Shown in pieces: positions 1 through 11,339 of a stretch of 32,958 nt of DNA. Within the stretch, counting starts at the first letter, position 1. Each line of letters opens with the position of its first letter. The notes below the pieces were generated by a model. That model made no database searches, was not told the origin of the DNA, and saw only the letters and a list, made by a program, of their open reading frames with translations. The stretch covers positions 7,158,250-7,191,207 of the forward strand of contig NC_057756.1 in the NCBI RefSeq assembly GCF_004010195.1, written 5' to 3'. This DNA comes from Chiloscyllium plagiosum. Its lineage: Eukaryota. Position numbers and translations under genes: made by a program.

Positions 1-2300
1 GGACTATGAGGTTGGAAGCTGTGGGTGGGAGATCTCCTGAGGTGATGAGGTTCTGTATGGTCTGGGAGATGATGGTTTGGTGATAGAGGGGGGGGGGGGT
101 GGGTGGGATCATGGTCGAGAGGGTAGTAGGAAGAGGTGTCCTCGATTTGGCGTTTGGCTTCAGCGGTGTAGAGGTCAGTGCGCCAGACTACCACTGCGCC
201 TCCTTTATCTGCTGGTTTGATGGTGAGGTTGGGATTGGAGCAGAAGAGTTGGAGGGCTGCGCGTTGTGAGGGTGAGAAGTTGGAGTGGGGGAGGGGGGTA
301 GACAGGTTGAGGTGGTTAATGTCCCGGCGACAGTTGGAAATGAAGAGTTCGAGGGCAGGTAATAGGCCAGCGCTGGGTGTCCAGGTGGATGCAGTGTGTT
401 GGAGGTGGGCGAAGGGGACCTCGGAAGGTGGGCGGGAGTCCTGATTATGAAAGTAACCTCGGAGGTGGAGGCAGCAGAAGAAGTGGTCGACGTCATGGCA
501 TGTATTAAATTCATTGATGCGTGGAAGGAAGGGGATGAAGGTCCTTTGCTGAGGACTGATTGTTTGTCCTCAATGAGTGGAAGGTCTGGAGGGATGGTGA
601 AAACTTGGCAGGGCTGGCAGCTGGGATCTAATGTGGGTGTGGAGCTGGGAGTGAGGACGGACTCAGTAACTGGAGTGGGTGTGATGGTGGGGGGAATGGG
701 GGTGGAGGAATGAACAGGTGTGGTGTTCCCCTCAGGGTTCTGGGGGCTGGGAATAGTGACAGTGGGATCTGTGGGGGGCGTGTCAGCAGAATGCAGGTGA
801 GTGGCGATGGTGGGGTCGGAAGCAGTGGCAGACACGGCAGTAGGGGTGGCAGAAGTCACTGAGCGTGTGACATCAGTGATGATGTGAGGTGCGGAAGTGA
901 TGTCACGTGTGATGCATGAGGAATTGTGAGGGGCGGAAGTGATTGTGGGAGTGGCCATGATGGGGTGGAAGTGACATAATCAATCAGCGTGGGGGTGGAA
1001 GCTGCACCAGCCGCATGGCTAATGGCGTCCGAGCAGTTCCAGAGGCCGGGGGCATCTTCTGGAATGTTTGAGGAGTGCTGGTTATGGCGGTGGGTAGATA
1101 AAAGTTTGTTGTACTTACCGTTTATGATGTTTGAGCTGGAGTTGAAATATTGTTTGTTGAGAGTAGGGATTCTCCTGAGGATGTAGTACAGAGTGGATCC
1201 TTTGCAATTCTGAGAGAGTTAGGCCCTCAGTGGAGGCAGGGCTGACTATAGAGAGGTTAGGTGCCAGCGCATTGCTGCAAGCGTGGAGCAAAGGACCTTG
1301 AAGGAGAACTGTTGCTGGTGTTTTTGAATCTGTAGTCTGTACTGTTTCTCCTGTTCGAGTCCGAACTCTGTTGGTTTAAAGGTGGTCCGGAGTCCGTGTG
1401 GGATGAGTTGGTTATGGAGGCAGGCACTGAGGAAGCAAATGTGTCTGTGGTAGTGCGTTTGCTTCAGGACATGGTAGAAGAGTTTCAGGGCAGAGGAAAT
1501 GACCTGGGAGTTGCAGTGAGAGAGAGACTCCCTGAGATTCTTGTACAGAGAGGAGGAAAACTTCTTCAAGGCAGGCATCTTTGCAAGACGATTCACAGTC
1601 GGGTTAAAATCAACTAGGTAAAAACAATGACTGCAGATGGTGGGAACCAGATTCTGGATTAGTGGTGCTAAAAGAGCACAGCAGTTCAGGCAGCATCCGA
1701 GGAGCAGTAAAATTGACGTTTCGGGCAAAAGCCCTTCATCAGGAATAAAGGCAGGAAACTGTTGAAGTCCACATTGATGCCCTGGGGTTGAAGTGTTCCG
1801 TGATGGAAGATGAGGTGTTCTTCCTCCAGGCGTCTGGTGGTGAGGGACCGGCGGTGAAGGAGGCCCAGGACCTTATGTCCTCGGCAGAGTGGGAGGGGGA
1901 GTTGAAATGTTGGGCCACAGGGTGATGTGGTTGATTGGTGCGGGATTCCCAGAGATGTTCCCTAAAGCGCTCTGCTAGGAGGCGTCCAGTCTCCCCAATG
2001 TAGAGGAGGCCACATTGGGAGCAACAGATACAATAAATGATATTAGTGGATGTGGAGGTAAAACCTTTTCAATAAATGATATAACAAGGACAGAATGTCC
2101 CTGGTGCTCACCTTCCACCCTACCAATCTTTGCATAAACCAAATCATCTGCCGACATTTCCACCACCTCCAAAATGACCCCACCACCAGGGATATATTTC
2201 CCTCCCCACCTTTTCCACCTTCCGCAAAGACCGTTCCCTCCGTGACTACCTTGTCAGGTCCACCCCACCCCCAAAACCCACCGTTCCACTGGACGCCTCC
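1..2300 (-). mobile_element. Penelope-like retroelement (family A) in partial-tandem arrangement: GIY-YIG C-terminus, pLTR with hammerhead, N-terminal ORF running off the left edge; inverted linker segment at ~2078-2300
   Basis: Minus 1757-2065 reads FTSTSTNIIYCICCSQCGLLYIGETGRLLAERFREHL...HPVAQHFN...EEEHLIF..GTLQPQGIN (GIY-YIG endonuclease). Minus 1246-1728 has HICFLSACLHNQLIPHGLR and minus 188-958 has VFTIPPDLPL..DKQSVLSKG, both typical PLE N-terminal motifs. Plus 2078-2290 reads DRMSLVLTFHPTN..IICRHFHHLQNDPTTRDIFPSPP (RT-EN linker). Frameshifted. Confidence 0.9.
1711..1746 (-). ncRNA. Minimal type I hammerhead ribozyme motif in Penelope pLTR
   Basis: Reverse complement reads attc-CTGATGA-a-GGGC-TTTT-GCCC-GAAAC-GTC-aatt: complete core, 4-bp stem II, palindromic ACGT stem III and GUC triplet. 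First stem I pair is a C.A mismatch. Confidence 0.8.
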
Positions 2301-2307
2301 TAACGCC

Positions 2308-2818
2308 TCCTGGTGGCTAACTTTCTTCCTGTTTGTCCTACGTAGCATTTGTGGCAGTCCTTGCATGGAATTTTTAGGATACACCACCAGGATACACGAA
2401 CACCAGCTAGCCACAAACAGACACGACCTCGTAGCCCTACACATGGATGAAAAAAACTACCATTTCGACTGGGACAACACATCGATCCTGGGACAGGCTA
2501 AGCAAAGACATGCCAGAGAATTCCTAGAGGCCTGGCACTCCAACCACAACACCATTAACAAATGCATAGATCTAGATGCCATCTATCAACCCCTCAGAAA
2601 ATGAACAGGAAATGACATCACCACAAACCCCAGAAACCCCATCCAGGCGAAAGATATAAGTAGAAAGCAGGAGACAACAGCTTCGCTTCACTTGGAGGTC
2701 GCCCACTGATGATGTTACCTAGCCAGGTCATGAAACATCTGGATATCAAACCTACAGCTCAGCGAGCAAACCTACAGCCTAAACCTCAACCTGAGCTACA
2801 AACCTTCACAAACCTTGA
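2308..2818 (+). mobile_element. 5'-truncated Penelope-like element (family B): GIY-YIG C-terminus plus pLTR, with an inverted 5' segment
   Basis: Plus TRIHEHQLATNRHD..VALHMDEKNYHFDWDNTSILGQAKQRHAREFLEAWHS..TINKCIDLDAIYQPL. The preceding piece KIPCKDCHKCYVGQTGRKLATR is on the minus strand at 2308-2374. pLTR-like tail to ~2818. Confidence 0.88.
2703..2742 (+). ncRNA. Minimal hammerhead ribozyme motif (family B pLTR), partly decayed
   Basis: cca-CTGATGA-t-gttacc-tagcca-ggtcat-GAAAC-ATC-tgg: stem I CCA/TGG, stem II 5 of 6 paired, AUC instead of GUC at the cleavage triplet. Confidence 0.7.
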
Positions 2819-2819
2819 A

Positions 2820-3284
2820 AAAACCCTGTCAACCTGGGTGGCAACTTTCAAGGATCTGTGTACCTGGACACCGAGATCTCTCTGCTTATTTACATTAACA
2901 AGAATCTTACCATTAGCCCAGTACTTTGCATTCAGGTTACTTCGACCAAAGTGAATCACCTCAGACTTATCCGCATTTGCCACCTCTCAGCTCAGTTCTG
3001 CAGCTTATCTACGTTTCTCTGTAACCTACAACATCCTTCGTCACTATCCACAACTCCACTGACCTTAGTGTCGTCTGCAAATTTACTAACCCACCCTTCT
3101 ACACCCTTATCCAGTTCATTTATAAAAATGACGGACAGCAGTGGACCCAACACAGATCCTTGCAGTACCACTGGTAACTGGACTCCAGGATGAACATTTC
3201 CCATGAACCACCACTCTCTGTCTTCTTTCAGCAAGCCAATTACTGATCCGAACTGCTTATCTCCCACAATCCCATTCCTCCGCA
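2820..3284 (-). mobile_element. CR1-type LINE reverse transcriptase fragment
   Basis: QGSVLGPLLSVIFINELDKGVEGWVSKFADDTK...RLQRNVDKL and KSEVIHFGRSN...QRDLGVQVHRSLKVATQVDR. Confidence 0.92.
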
Positions 3285-4479
3285 GGTAGTTGGACAATGG
3301 CAGCACATGCATGGGGACACCGGTCCCTACAAATTCCCTGCCAAGTCTCACACAGTTTTGATTTGCGATTACATGAACAGTCGTACCTCGTGTTTGAATT
3401 GAAAAGCTGGATCTGCCTTCTCATAGCAGTGTGTCTCCAAGTTTTACTCCCATTGTGTCGGTAAGTGGATGGATTGGGGATGGAGTTGCTGAGAGGAGTA
3501 ATGAGCCAAGGTTATGGCGTAGGTGCATGTCGCTATTCCCTAGAGGAGGGGTTTTGAGAGGGAGTTAACAGGTCAGGGTATGAGAGAAACTGAGACAGAA
3601 GGCTCTGGTCAAGGGGACAGAGATGGAAAGGGAGTGTGTGGTGTTGGGTGTTGAGACCGAGAACATGAGGAGTGATGGCCCGTGGGGCAGAGAGTGTGAC
3701 ACAGGCATGGTATCATGGAGCGCCGCCTCATGTAGGAATTGCATGAAGTGAAACTTTTCTGAGGCAAATCACAAGGGATTCTCTCTCTTACCGGGATTTC
3801 CTCCCCTTTGTGGGCTTCTGTCTGTCTCTCTCTCTTTCTATCTTTTCCTCGCTGTGGTTTCCCTTTCTCTCTGTCCTTCTGTCTCGTTCTCTCACTACTT
3901 TTCCTCCTGGGTTTTCTCCTTCACTTGTAGTGCTGTTGTCTGTTCTTCTCTCCCTCCCTCCCTCTGTCTGTCCCACTTCCTCTCTCAGTCAAAATTCTCT
4001 CTTGTTTCCCTTGCTCTCTTCTTGGACTTTTTATTGTCGGATACATATTTATTCTAAATAGACTTAATTGTCCAGTTCGTGATAAAATGAAGTGTACATT
4101 GTGTTGGGGTTTCTGACATGTAGTCAGTCAGGTAAATTGTTTTTTGTGGTCTGCACATTGGACACAATGTCACGGTTTGTGGAATAGCGGGACTCAGTGA
4201 TCAGCCCAATCTAAGTCGTGGCAAACCAGAAAACGCTTGACAAGTCTAACTTGTTTGTAAGTGCTTTGAAGGACTGCAGGGCGATGCAGGCTGAAGTCAA
4301 CGCAGTTGTGTAACATTTACACTTGCTGTAATTCTGAACCGGAAATATTGTAAAAGGCTTATTGGGTATGCTGTATTTTGTTTTGAAGGCTAAAAATAAT
4401 GCTCACTCATTATTATGTGCATATGGAGGATAAATCTATTTTTGGCCCATTTTTAGGTTCGTCATACAAAAGATACAGA
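3285..4479 (-). repeat. Duplicated block (Siglec-like copy 0, 3' intronic part), paralogous to ~29235-30455 and in part ~15418-15810
   Basis: Shared colinear strings: gcagcacatgca..caaattccctgccaag, tgatcagccca/tgatcagcaca, aagtctaacttgtttgtaagtgctttgaa, and a CT-rich tract at the same position. Confidence 0.8.
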
Positions 4480-7400
4480 CAGGCGTTTCTGTGGCCAGCA
4501 GCGAAAAATCAGAATGGTGTGTTGTTTCCCTGGTGCCAGGATCAAGGATATCTCAAAGAGGGTGCAGAATGTTCTTAAGCGGGAGAGGGGCCAGCAGGAG
4601 GTCATTGTACACATTGGAACCAATGACACAGGAAGGGAAAAGGTTGAAATTCTGAATGGCGGTTACAGAGAGTTCGGCAGGAATTAAAAAAAAAGACATT
4701 CTTGAGAGTAGCTATACCTGGATTACTCCCGGTGCTACGAGCTAGTGAGAGCAGAAATAGGAGGATAGAGCAGATGAATTCATGGCTGAGGAGCTGGTGT
4801 ACGGGAGAAGGATTTACATTTTTGGATCATTGGAAGCTGTTTTTGGGTAGGGAAGTGACCTGTACAAGAAGGACAGATTACACTTAAATTGGAAGGGGAT
4901 GAATATACTGGCCAGGAGATTTGCTCGAGCTGCTCTAAACTTGTAAAGTTGGGGGGAGGGGTGGTGGGTGGGACGCAGGGATATAATGAGGAAAGAGATC
5001 AATCTGAGGCTTGCACAGTTGAGAATAGACGTGAGTCAAGTAGTCAGGACAGGCATGAATAAAGCAGAAAACAACTTTTATTTCAATGCAAGGGACCTAA
5101 CAGGAAAGGTAGATGAACTCAGGGCATGGTTAGGAACATGGGACTGGGATGGCATAACAATTACAGAAACATGACTCGGGGATGGACAGGACTGGCAGCT
5201 TAATTTTCCCGGATACAAATGGTACAGGAAGGACAGAAAGGAGGCCAGAGTGGAGAGGGAGTGGCTTTTTTGATGAGGGATAGCATTACAGCTATGAGGG
5301 AGGATAATCCCGGAAATCCATCCAGAGAAGTTATTTGGGTGGAACTGAGAAAAAAGAAAGGGATGATCACCTTATTGTGATTGTATTATCGACACCCTCC
5401 CCCCCACCCCACTAACAGTCAGTGGGAAATTGAGAAACAAATTTGTAAGGACATCTCAGTTATCTGTAAGAATGATAGGGTGGTTATGGTTTCCAAACAT
5501 ATCTGGGACTGCCATGGTGTTAAGGGTTCAGATGGACAGGAATTTGTGTGTAGAAGAAATTTTTCTGATTAAGTATGTGGATGTATCTACGAGAGAAGGT
5601 GCAAAACATACACTTGGGAAATAAGGCAGGGCAGGTGACTGAGGTGTCGGTGGTGGAAAAGTTAGGGCCAACGACTATAATTCAATTAATTTTAAAATAA
5701 TGATGGAAAAGGATAGACCAGATCTAAAAGTTGATGCTTATTTGGAGAAAAGCCAAATTTGACGCTATTAGGTAAGAACTTTCAAAAGCTGACTGGGGGC
5801 AGATGTTCACAGGTAAAGGGACGGCTGGAAAATGGGAAGCCTTCAGAAAAGAGATAACAAGAGACCAGAGACAGTATTTTCGTGCTTGGTTGAAAGGAAA
5901 GGCTGGTAGGTATAGGGAATGCTGGATGACAAAAGAAATTGAGGGTTTGGTTAAGAAAAAGAAGGAAGCATATGTAAGGTATAGACAGGATAGATCGAGT
6001 GAATCCTTAAGAGAGTATAAAGGCAGTAGGAGTATACTTAACAGGGAATCAGGTGGGCAAAAAGGGGACATGAGATAGCTTTGGCAGATAGAGTTAAGGA
6101 GAATCCAAAGGGTGTTTGCAAACATATCAAGGTCAAAAGGGTAACCAGAGAGAGACTGGGGCCCCTCAAAGATCAGCAAGGCAGCCTTTGTGTGGAACCG
6201 CAGGAGATGGGGAAGCTACTAAACGAGTATTTTGCATCAGTATTTACTGTGGAAAAGGGCATGGAAGATATGCAATGTAAGGAAATAGATGGTGACGCCT
6301 TGAAAAATGTCCATATTACAGAGGAGGAAGTGCTGGATGTCTTGAAGTGCATAAAAGTGGATAAATCCCAAGACCTGATCAGGTCTACCCTCGAACTCTG
6401 TGGATAGCTAGGGAAGTGATTACTGGGCCTTTTGATGAGATATTTGCATACTTAATAGTCACAGGTGAGGTGCTAGAAGTCTGGAGGTTGGTTAACGTGG
6501 TGCTACTGTTTAAGAAAGGTGGTAAGGACAAGTCAGCGAACTATAGACCAGTGAGCCTGATGTCGGTGGTAGGCAAGTTATTGGAGGGAATCATGAGGGA
6601 CAGAATGCACATGTATTTGAAAAGACAGGGACTGATTAGGGATAGTCAACATGGATTTGTGCGTGGGAAATCATGTCTCACAAACTTGATTGAGGTCTTT
6701 GGAGAAGGAACAAAGAGGTTTGATGAGGGCAAAGCAGTGGACGTGATGCATATGGACTTCAGTAAGGCGTTTGACAAGGTTCCCCATGAGAAACCGGTTA
6801 GCAAAGTTAGATCTCATGGAATACAGGTAGAACTTGTCATTTGGATACAGAACTGACTCAGAGGTAGAGGACAGAGTGTGATGGTGGACGGTTGTTTTTC
6901 AGATTGGAGGCCTGTGACTAGTGGAGTGTCACAAAGATCGGTGCTGGGTCCACTACTTTTCATAATTTATAGAAATGATTGGGATGTGAGCATAAGAGGT
7001 ATAGTTAGTAAGTTTTGCAAATGACAAAATTGGAAGTGTAGTGGAATGTGAAGAAGGTTACCTCAGATTACAATGGGATGTTGATCAGATGAACCAATGG
7101 GATGAGAAGTGGCAGATGGAGTTTAATTTAGATAAATGTGAGGTGCTACATTTTGGGAAAGCAAATCTTAGCAGGACTTGTACACCTAATGAACAGGTCC
7201 TGGGGAGTATTGCTGAACAAAGAGACCTTAGAGTGCAGGTTAATAGCTCCTTGAAAGTGGTCTTGCAGGTAGATTGGATAATCAATGAGGCCTTTGGTAT
7301 GCTTTCCTTTATTGGTCAGAATATTGAGTAGGAGTTAGGAGGTCATGTTGCAGCTATGCAGGACATTGGTTAGACCACTGTTGGAATATTGCATGCAATT

Positions 7401-7915
7401 CTGGTCTCCTTCCTATCGGAATGATGTTGTGAAACTTGGAACGGTTCAGAAAAGATTAACAAGCATGTTCCCAGGATTAGAGAATTTGAGCTATAGGGAG
7501 AGGTTGAATTGGCTATTGCTGCTTTTCCTGGAGCATCGGAGGCTGAGGGGTGACTTTTTAGAGGTGTGTAAAATCATGAGCGGCATGGATAGGGTAAATA
7601 GACATGGGGGAAGTGCATAACTAGAGGGCATGGGTTTAGAATGAGAGGGGAAAGATATAAAAAGACCTGAGGGGCAACGTTTTCATGCAGAGGGTGGTAC
7701 GTTTATGGAATGAGCTGCCGGAGGAAGTGGTGGAGGCTGGTACAACTGCAATATTTAAAAGGCACCTGGATTGGTATATGAATAGGAAAGGTTTGGAGGG
7801 ATATGGGTTGGGTGCTGGCAGTTGGGACTAGATTGGGTTAGGATATCGGTTCAGCATGGACAAGTTGGATGGAAGGGTCTGTTTCTGTGCTGTACATCTC
7901 TATGACTCTCTAACC
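4480..7915 (+). mobile_element. Near full-length decayed CR1 (HER1-like) LINE: ORF1 SGNH-esterase part, ORF2 APE endonuclease plus RT, 3' tail
   Basis: ORF1: CCFPGARIKD, VIVHIGTND, GLLPVLRASESRNRRIEQMNSWL. ORF2: YFNARDLTGKVDEL..ITET, NYRPVSLMSVVGKLLE, QHGFVRGKSCLTNL, DFSKAFDKVPH, LVRPLLEYCMQFWSP. Ends in tctatgactct. Many stops and frameshifts. The paralogous sites near 15810 and 30460 are empty. Confidence 0.96.
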
Positions 7916-7919
7916 CTAC

Positions 7920-8300
7920 GTCTGCCACTCTTTTCCAAGAAATGTGGTGGCCAGTCCCTGAAATGTCAGCATCATCAAACATGGACACTCTTTGTTATAT
8001 TTTCTACTGAGTTGTTCATTAGTAGAATCCATAATAATGAGCCAGTTCCTACTGATTGGGATAACGTACATTCTCACTTAGCTGCATCCTCAATGTTGTC
8101 AAATTGGCTGCGGGAACAACAACAACTTTGTAACGTTCCTTCTTCCAGTTAATAACAAAATCGTGCAAATGTTTCAGATTAGGTGCTTGGCATTGCGTGT
8201 GGTCAGTCGACTTTGTGACAATATCTGAAACAAAATTATTCCCACTTGTTACTGTGGCTGAGAGAAATGATGAATCAGCAACTGGCCAGTGGTATGCCTA
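7920..8300 (-). pseudogene. Siglec-like copy 0 remnant: decayed cytoplasmic exon region and flanks
   Basis: acattctcactta..aaattggctgc..aacaacaact and cgtgtgg..ctttgtgaca..ttgttactgtggctgag match 30636-30920 and 15980-16270; splice donor is mutated. Confidence 0.6.
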
Positions 8301-8449
8301 TGGGAGGGGGTGGGGGAGGGGGAGGGGGTGGGGCGGGTGGCTTGGGTTATATCGTTCCATATTATCAGCAGCTGAAATAAGCAGAATTAATCATTTGGCC
8401 AAGAAAATGACGCCACCGCAGCCTCCACAGAAATAAAGGGAAATCTCCT

Positions 8450-9316
8450 TGAAATCGACAGGAAGAAATGAATTAGGGAGATTGCAGTCCATCAAGTAGG
8501 TAGAATTGAATTTAACCACTGGGCCATTCATTAGTTTTGGTGTTGTGTTGCAAACAAGTTAACTCACACCCTATCTGCCTCACTTCAGCTTTGCTTTGCA
8601 ATAACGTTTCCTTTCAATTCATTTACCTCAGAAATGATCTGCTATATCCTCAAACGATGTTATTATTGGACAGCTCAGATTCGAAACAAAAATTGATTGC
8701 TGCTTTATCTTATTGCATTTTTCATTTAATGTGGTAACCTTTCTTTGAAAGGTAAGAGTGCAACTATGCATATTTGGCTTTTGCAATGAAAAAAGGACAT
8801 TATTAAAGGAAATGAAAATAATGAGTACGTATCTATGATCTTCACACATAAAAACATTTTGAAGTTTTCAAAGTGCGTGGCAATTTATCACAATGCCATC
8901 ACTTTACAGTCGTCAAGTACCTGAAATAGAGTTTAATTCTCTGTCTCATGAAAAGCTGTGACTTAGCTGTTTCTTTCACTCTCTAGTCTTAGGAGTTGCT
9001 AGCCTTTACTTTGATTATTCCCACAACTGAGCTGGAATATTCTTATCATTAACCAAAGACTTCTAGTTTGGATTTTTCATATTTATATTCTTACAGAAGG
9101 ATAACATGTTTTGAACAGTTCGAAATGAACTCCTCCTTGGAGGAGAATCTGTTTCACATTTTCCCACAATGAGATTTTATCATACTAATTATTAATTGAA
9201 GATTAACATTAATCCCAATTTTGGTTCAATAAAGATTCTGTTCCAAGTTTTGAAACCACTAGCATTCAGCTGTGGATAAGTTACATTTCTATGAACTGAG
9301 TGACTCCACCATGAGT
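8450..9316 (-). repeat. 3' UTR/downstream block of Siglec-like copy A, paralogous to ~28110-28929
   Basis: Colinear shared strings such as tcagaaatgatctg, tcatttaatgtggta, gcaatgaaaaa, aatctgtt.cacattt. Confidence 0.8.
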
Positions 9317-9438
9317 TCAATTCCATTTAAATGCAAAGTATTCACTTGTCTCCTCTTCCTGAGCAGGAACATCAAATTTGTGAGTTTAAAGACACAGATC
9401 ACTGAATAGAGAAGCTCCTCCCATCCACCTAATTTGAT
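9317..9438 (-). pseudogene. Siglec-like copy A terminal exon with ITIM and ITIM-like motif, frameshifted
   Basis: Branch point ctaac and acceptor cacag, then IKLGGWEELLYSVI (ITIM LxYxxI). After a 1-nt shift it reads KFDVPAQEEETSEYFAFKWN*. Length is 122 nt, not a multiple of 3. Confidence 0.72.
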
Positions 9439-9462
9439 CTGTGACTGGAAACCATGTGTTAG

Positions 9463-9677
9463 CTTTTCAATTCCAGTGAGGTGAATCAATGTCAGCGAGC
9501 TCTGAAACAATCTAGTAATCCCTCTCCTGCAATAGACTACAGCGTCTGAATCTTTTCCTGTGATCTTTCTTCCATTGAGTGTCCATGTGACGTTTACTGG
9601 GGGATTAGCTCTGACTCTGCTGATACAAGTGAAGACATTCTTGGAACTGGTCAGACCAGATACTATTATGGGTCGTT
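9463..9677 (-). pseudogene. Siglec-like copy A membrane-proximal C2-type Ig exon, 3'-truncated by deletion
   Basis: Phase-1 acceptor ttcctttttatag, then RPIIVSGLTSSKNVFTCISRVRANPPVNVTWTLNG...QSSLTL. The F-strand Cys, G strand and donor are absent; sequence runs into the last intron. Confidence 0.8.
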
Positions 9678-9879
9678 CTATAAAAAGGAACAACAGTGTT
9701 CACATGATGAGCTTTATAAGCATGCAGTTGCCACATTAACATTGAAGTGCTCTGTTTATTATTGAAGGCGATAATGTAATTAAGAAATGCAGAAAGAAGC
9801 TATTGTGCGCACCAAGTGTGCACAAACCTTCTGAAAAACATTCCAACCAGAGTCATCACTTCCGCCTTTCGAAAACCTT

Positions 9880-10099
9880 GCATTTGCCATGGCTAACCCA
9901 CCTAACCGTAAATCTCTGGGAACTACAGGGTAATATAGTTCGGCTAATCCACCTCACCTGCACATCTCCAGGAGGAAAACAGACCACTCAAAGGAAACCC
10001 ATGGAGACACTTGGAAACTGTACAAAAGCCACACAAACTGAAATCAATCCCAGGCAGTGTGAGGGAGAAGTGCTAACCACAGAGCCACTGCCGTCACCA
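9880..10099 (-). mobile_element. tRNA-derived SINE (HE1-like), decayed
   Basis: Reverse complement starts ggtgacggcagtggctctgtggttagcact..ctcaca (A-box-like head), followed by gtgtctccatgggtttcc and gatgtgcaggtgaggtggatt core sequence. Confidence 0.75.
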
Positions 10100-10739
10100 T
10101 TCACTGACAACAATTTGCTTCATGCAGTTACTCAAGTGACATGTCCCAGACCATTCCTGATCCATGCTGATCAGGTAAATTCGAGACTACCTTTCGAAGC
10201 CATTGGGCACTAGATTATATTCACAGCTAATTCGATGCAGAACAGTAAGTTTAAATCAGTTTTTGATGCCAGCAGACGTTACAGACTGTGGAAGGAAGAA
10301 CCAATCATTCCTTAGAATCTCTGCTTATTATTTAGATCAGTCATCCTTGATAAGCCATTGAATGCTATTTCCATCATGGCATCATTGGTATCCTTACTTT
10401 TAAAAAAAAATTGATTCCGCCAATTTCAGTTTTGACTTGTTCCCGTTCCAGTTGAAATGAAAACTGCCAAGATGGTTGAGTCAAGCCGAAAGTGGATACT
10501 TTCACAGCGCTTAGTCACTATGCACAAAGTGGCAGGAAACTGTTGAGTACCAAGTGCAATGCAAACTTGACGCTGAATGAATAGTGTAAACAGTGTTGTA
10601 GATGTATTGAAATTGAAGCAAGGTGAATTTTATGTCGTTTGTATCATTTTCAAGTCGCAATATTTTGTTATGCACTAATTTTATTAGTGATTTGCATCTT
10701 TGGAACATAATATCCGTCTCAGTGGAAGGAATATTTGCA

Positions 10740-10978
10740 ATGATGGACAGTTTGCATCAAATCAATTTCAGAGCATTTAAGAAGCAGTCCCCATTGAAAT
10801 GCAGCAAGATCTGAACCCTCAGGCTTGAGGTGACAAGTGGCAGGAAGCAATCGTGCCACACAAATGTCAGTCACTGACCATCGCCAATAAGCGACAATTC
10901 AGTCATTGTCTGTTAGCATTCGATGGCATTAGCAAAATTAAATCGTCCAGTGGCAGCATTCTGGACGTTACCATTAAC
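10740..10978 (+). mobile_element. Old L2/CR1-group LINE fragment, paralogous to ~16850-17075
   Basis: tgaaatgcagcaaga..caggcttg..cacaaatg..tgaccatc.ccaataa shared with the copy B fragment. Confidence 0.6.
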
Positions 10979-11339
10979 TGTTATGGGGTCACCTAAAGAA
11001 AAGGATCAGATTCACATCGTCATGATTGGAATCATGTAAATAAAGTGTCGAGATTGTGGAGTGTATACTATTTAAATAAATGACCAGGATAATAAAATGA
11101 TCACTGACGAGAATATAGTTATCAAGAGATAATAACCGTGGTGTTCCCTCCAGCCCCCCCCCCCCCCCCCCCCCCCAATAGGATGTTATTGTCAAGCCAA
11201 AGGTAAGTATTGTATAATATCAGGCCTACCATAAGCTGCTCTCTTATTGGTTATAAAATGCAACAAAATTTTATAAATGCCTCATTTCAGCTAACTTTTC
11301 CCATCTGTCATTAGCAGTCGATATATGAAATCTGCTATG

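Noticed and set aside
188..958. Thr/Pro/Ser-rich 256-aa ORF resembling a mucin
   Set aside because: It lies between Penelope N-terminal motifs and contains the PLE motif VFTIPPDLPL..VLSKG; it is element linker sequence followed by a frameshift.
855..975. Recurring ggaagtga units with variable spacing, CRISPR-like at a glance
   Set aside because: Degenerate coding repeats within the Penelope ORF; eukaryotic context and no cas genes.
3788..4061. Hydrophobic Leu/Ser ORFs, also at 29718-29930
   Set aside because: By-products of CT-rich low-complexity intron sequence.
10040..10099. tRNA-like A-box sequence
   Set aside because: Head of a decayed SINE; no cloverleaf.
11154..11176. Poly-C run and G-rich tracts (8302-8345, 32917-32958) as G-quadruplex elements
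   Set aside because: Simple sequence, not conserved in paralogous units, and error-prone in assemblies.
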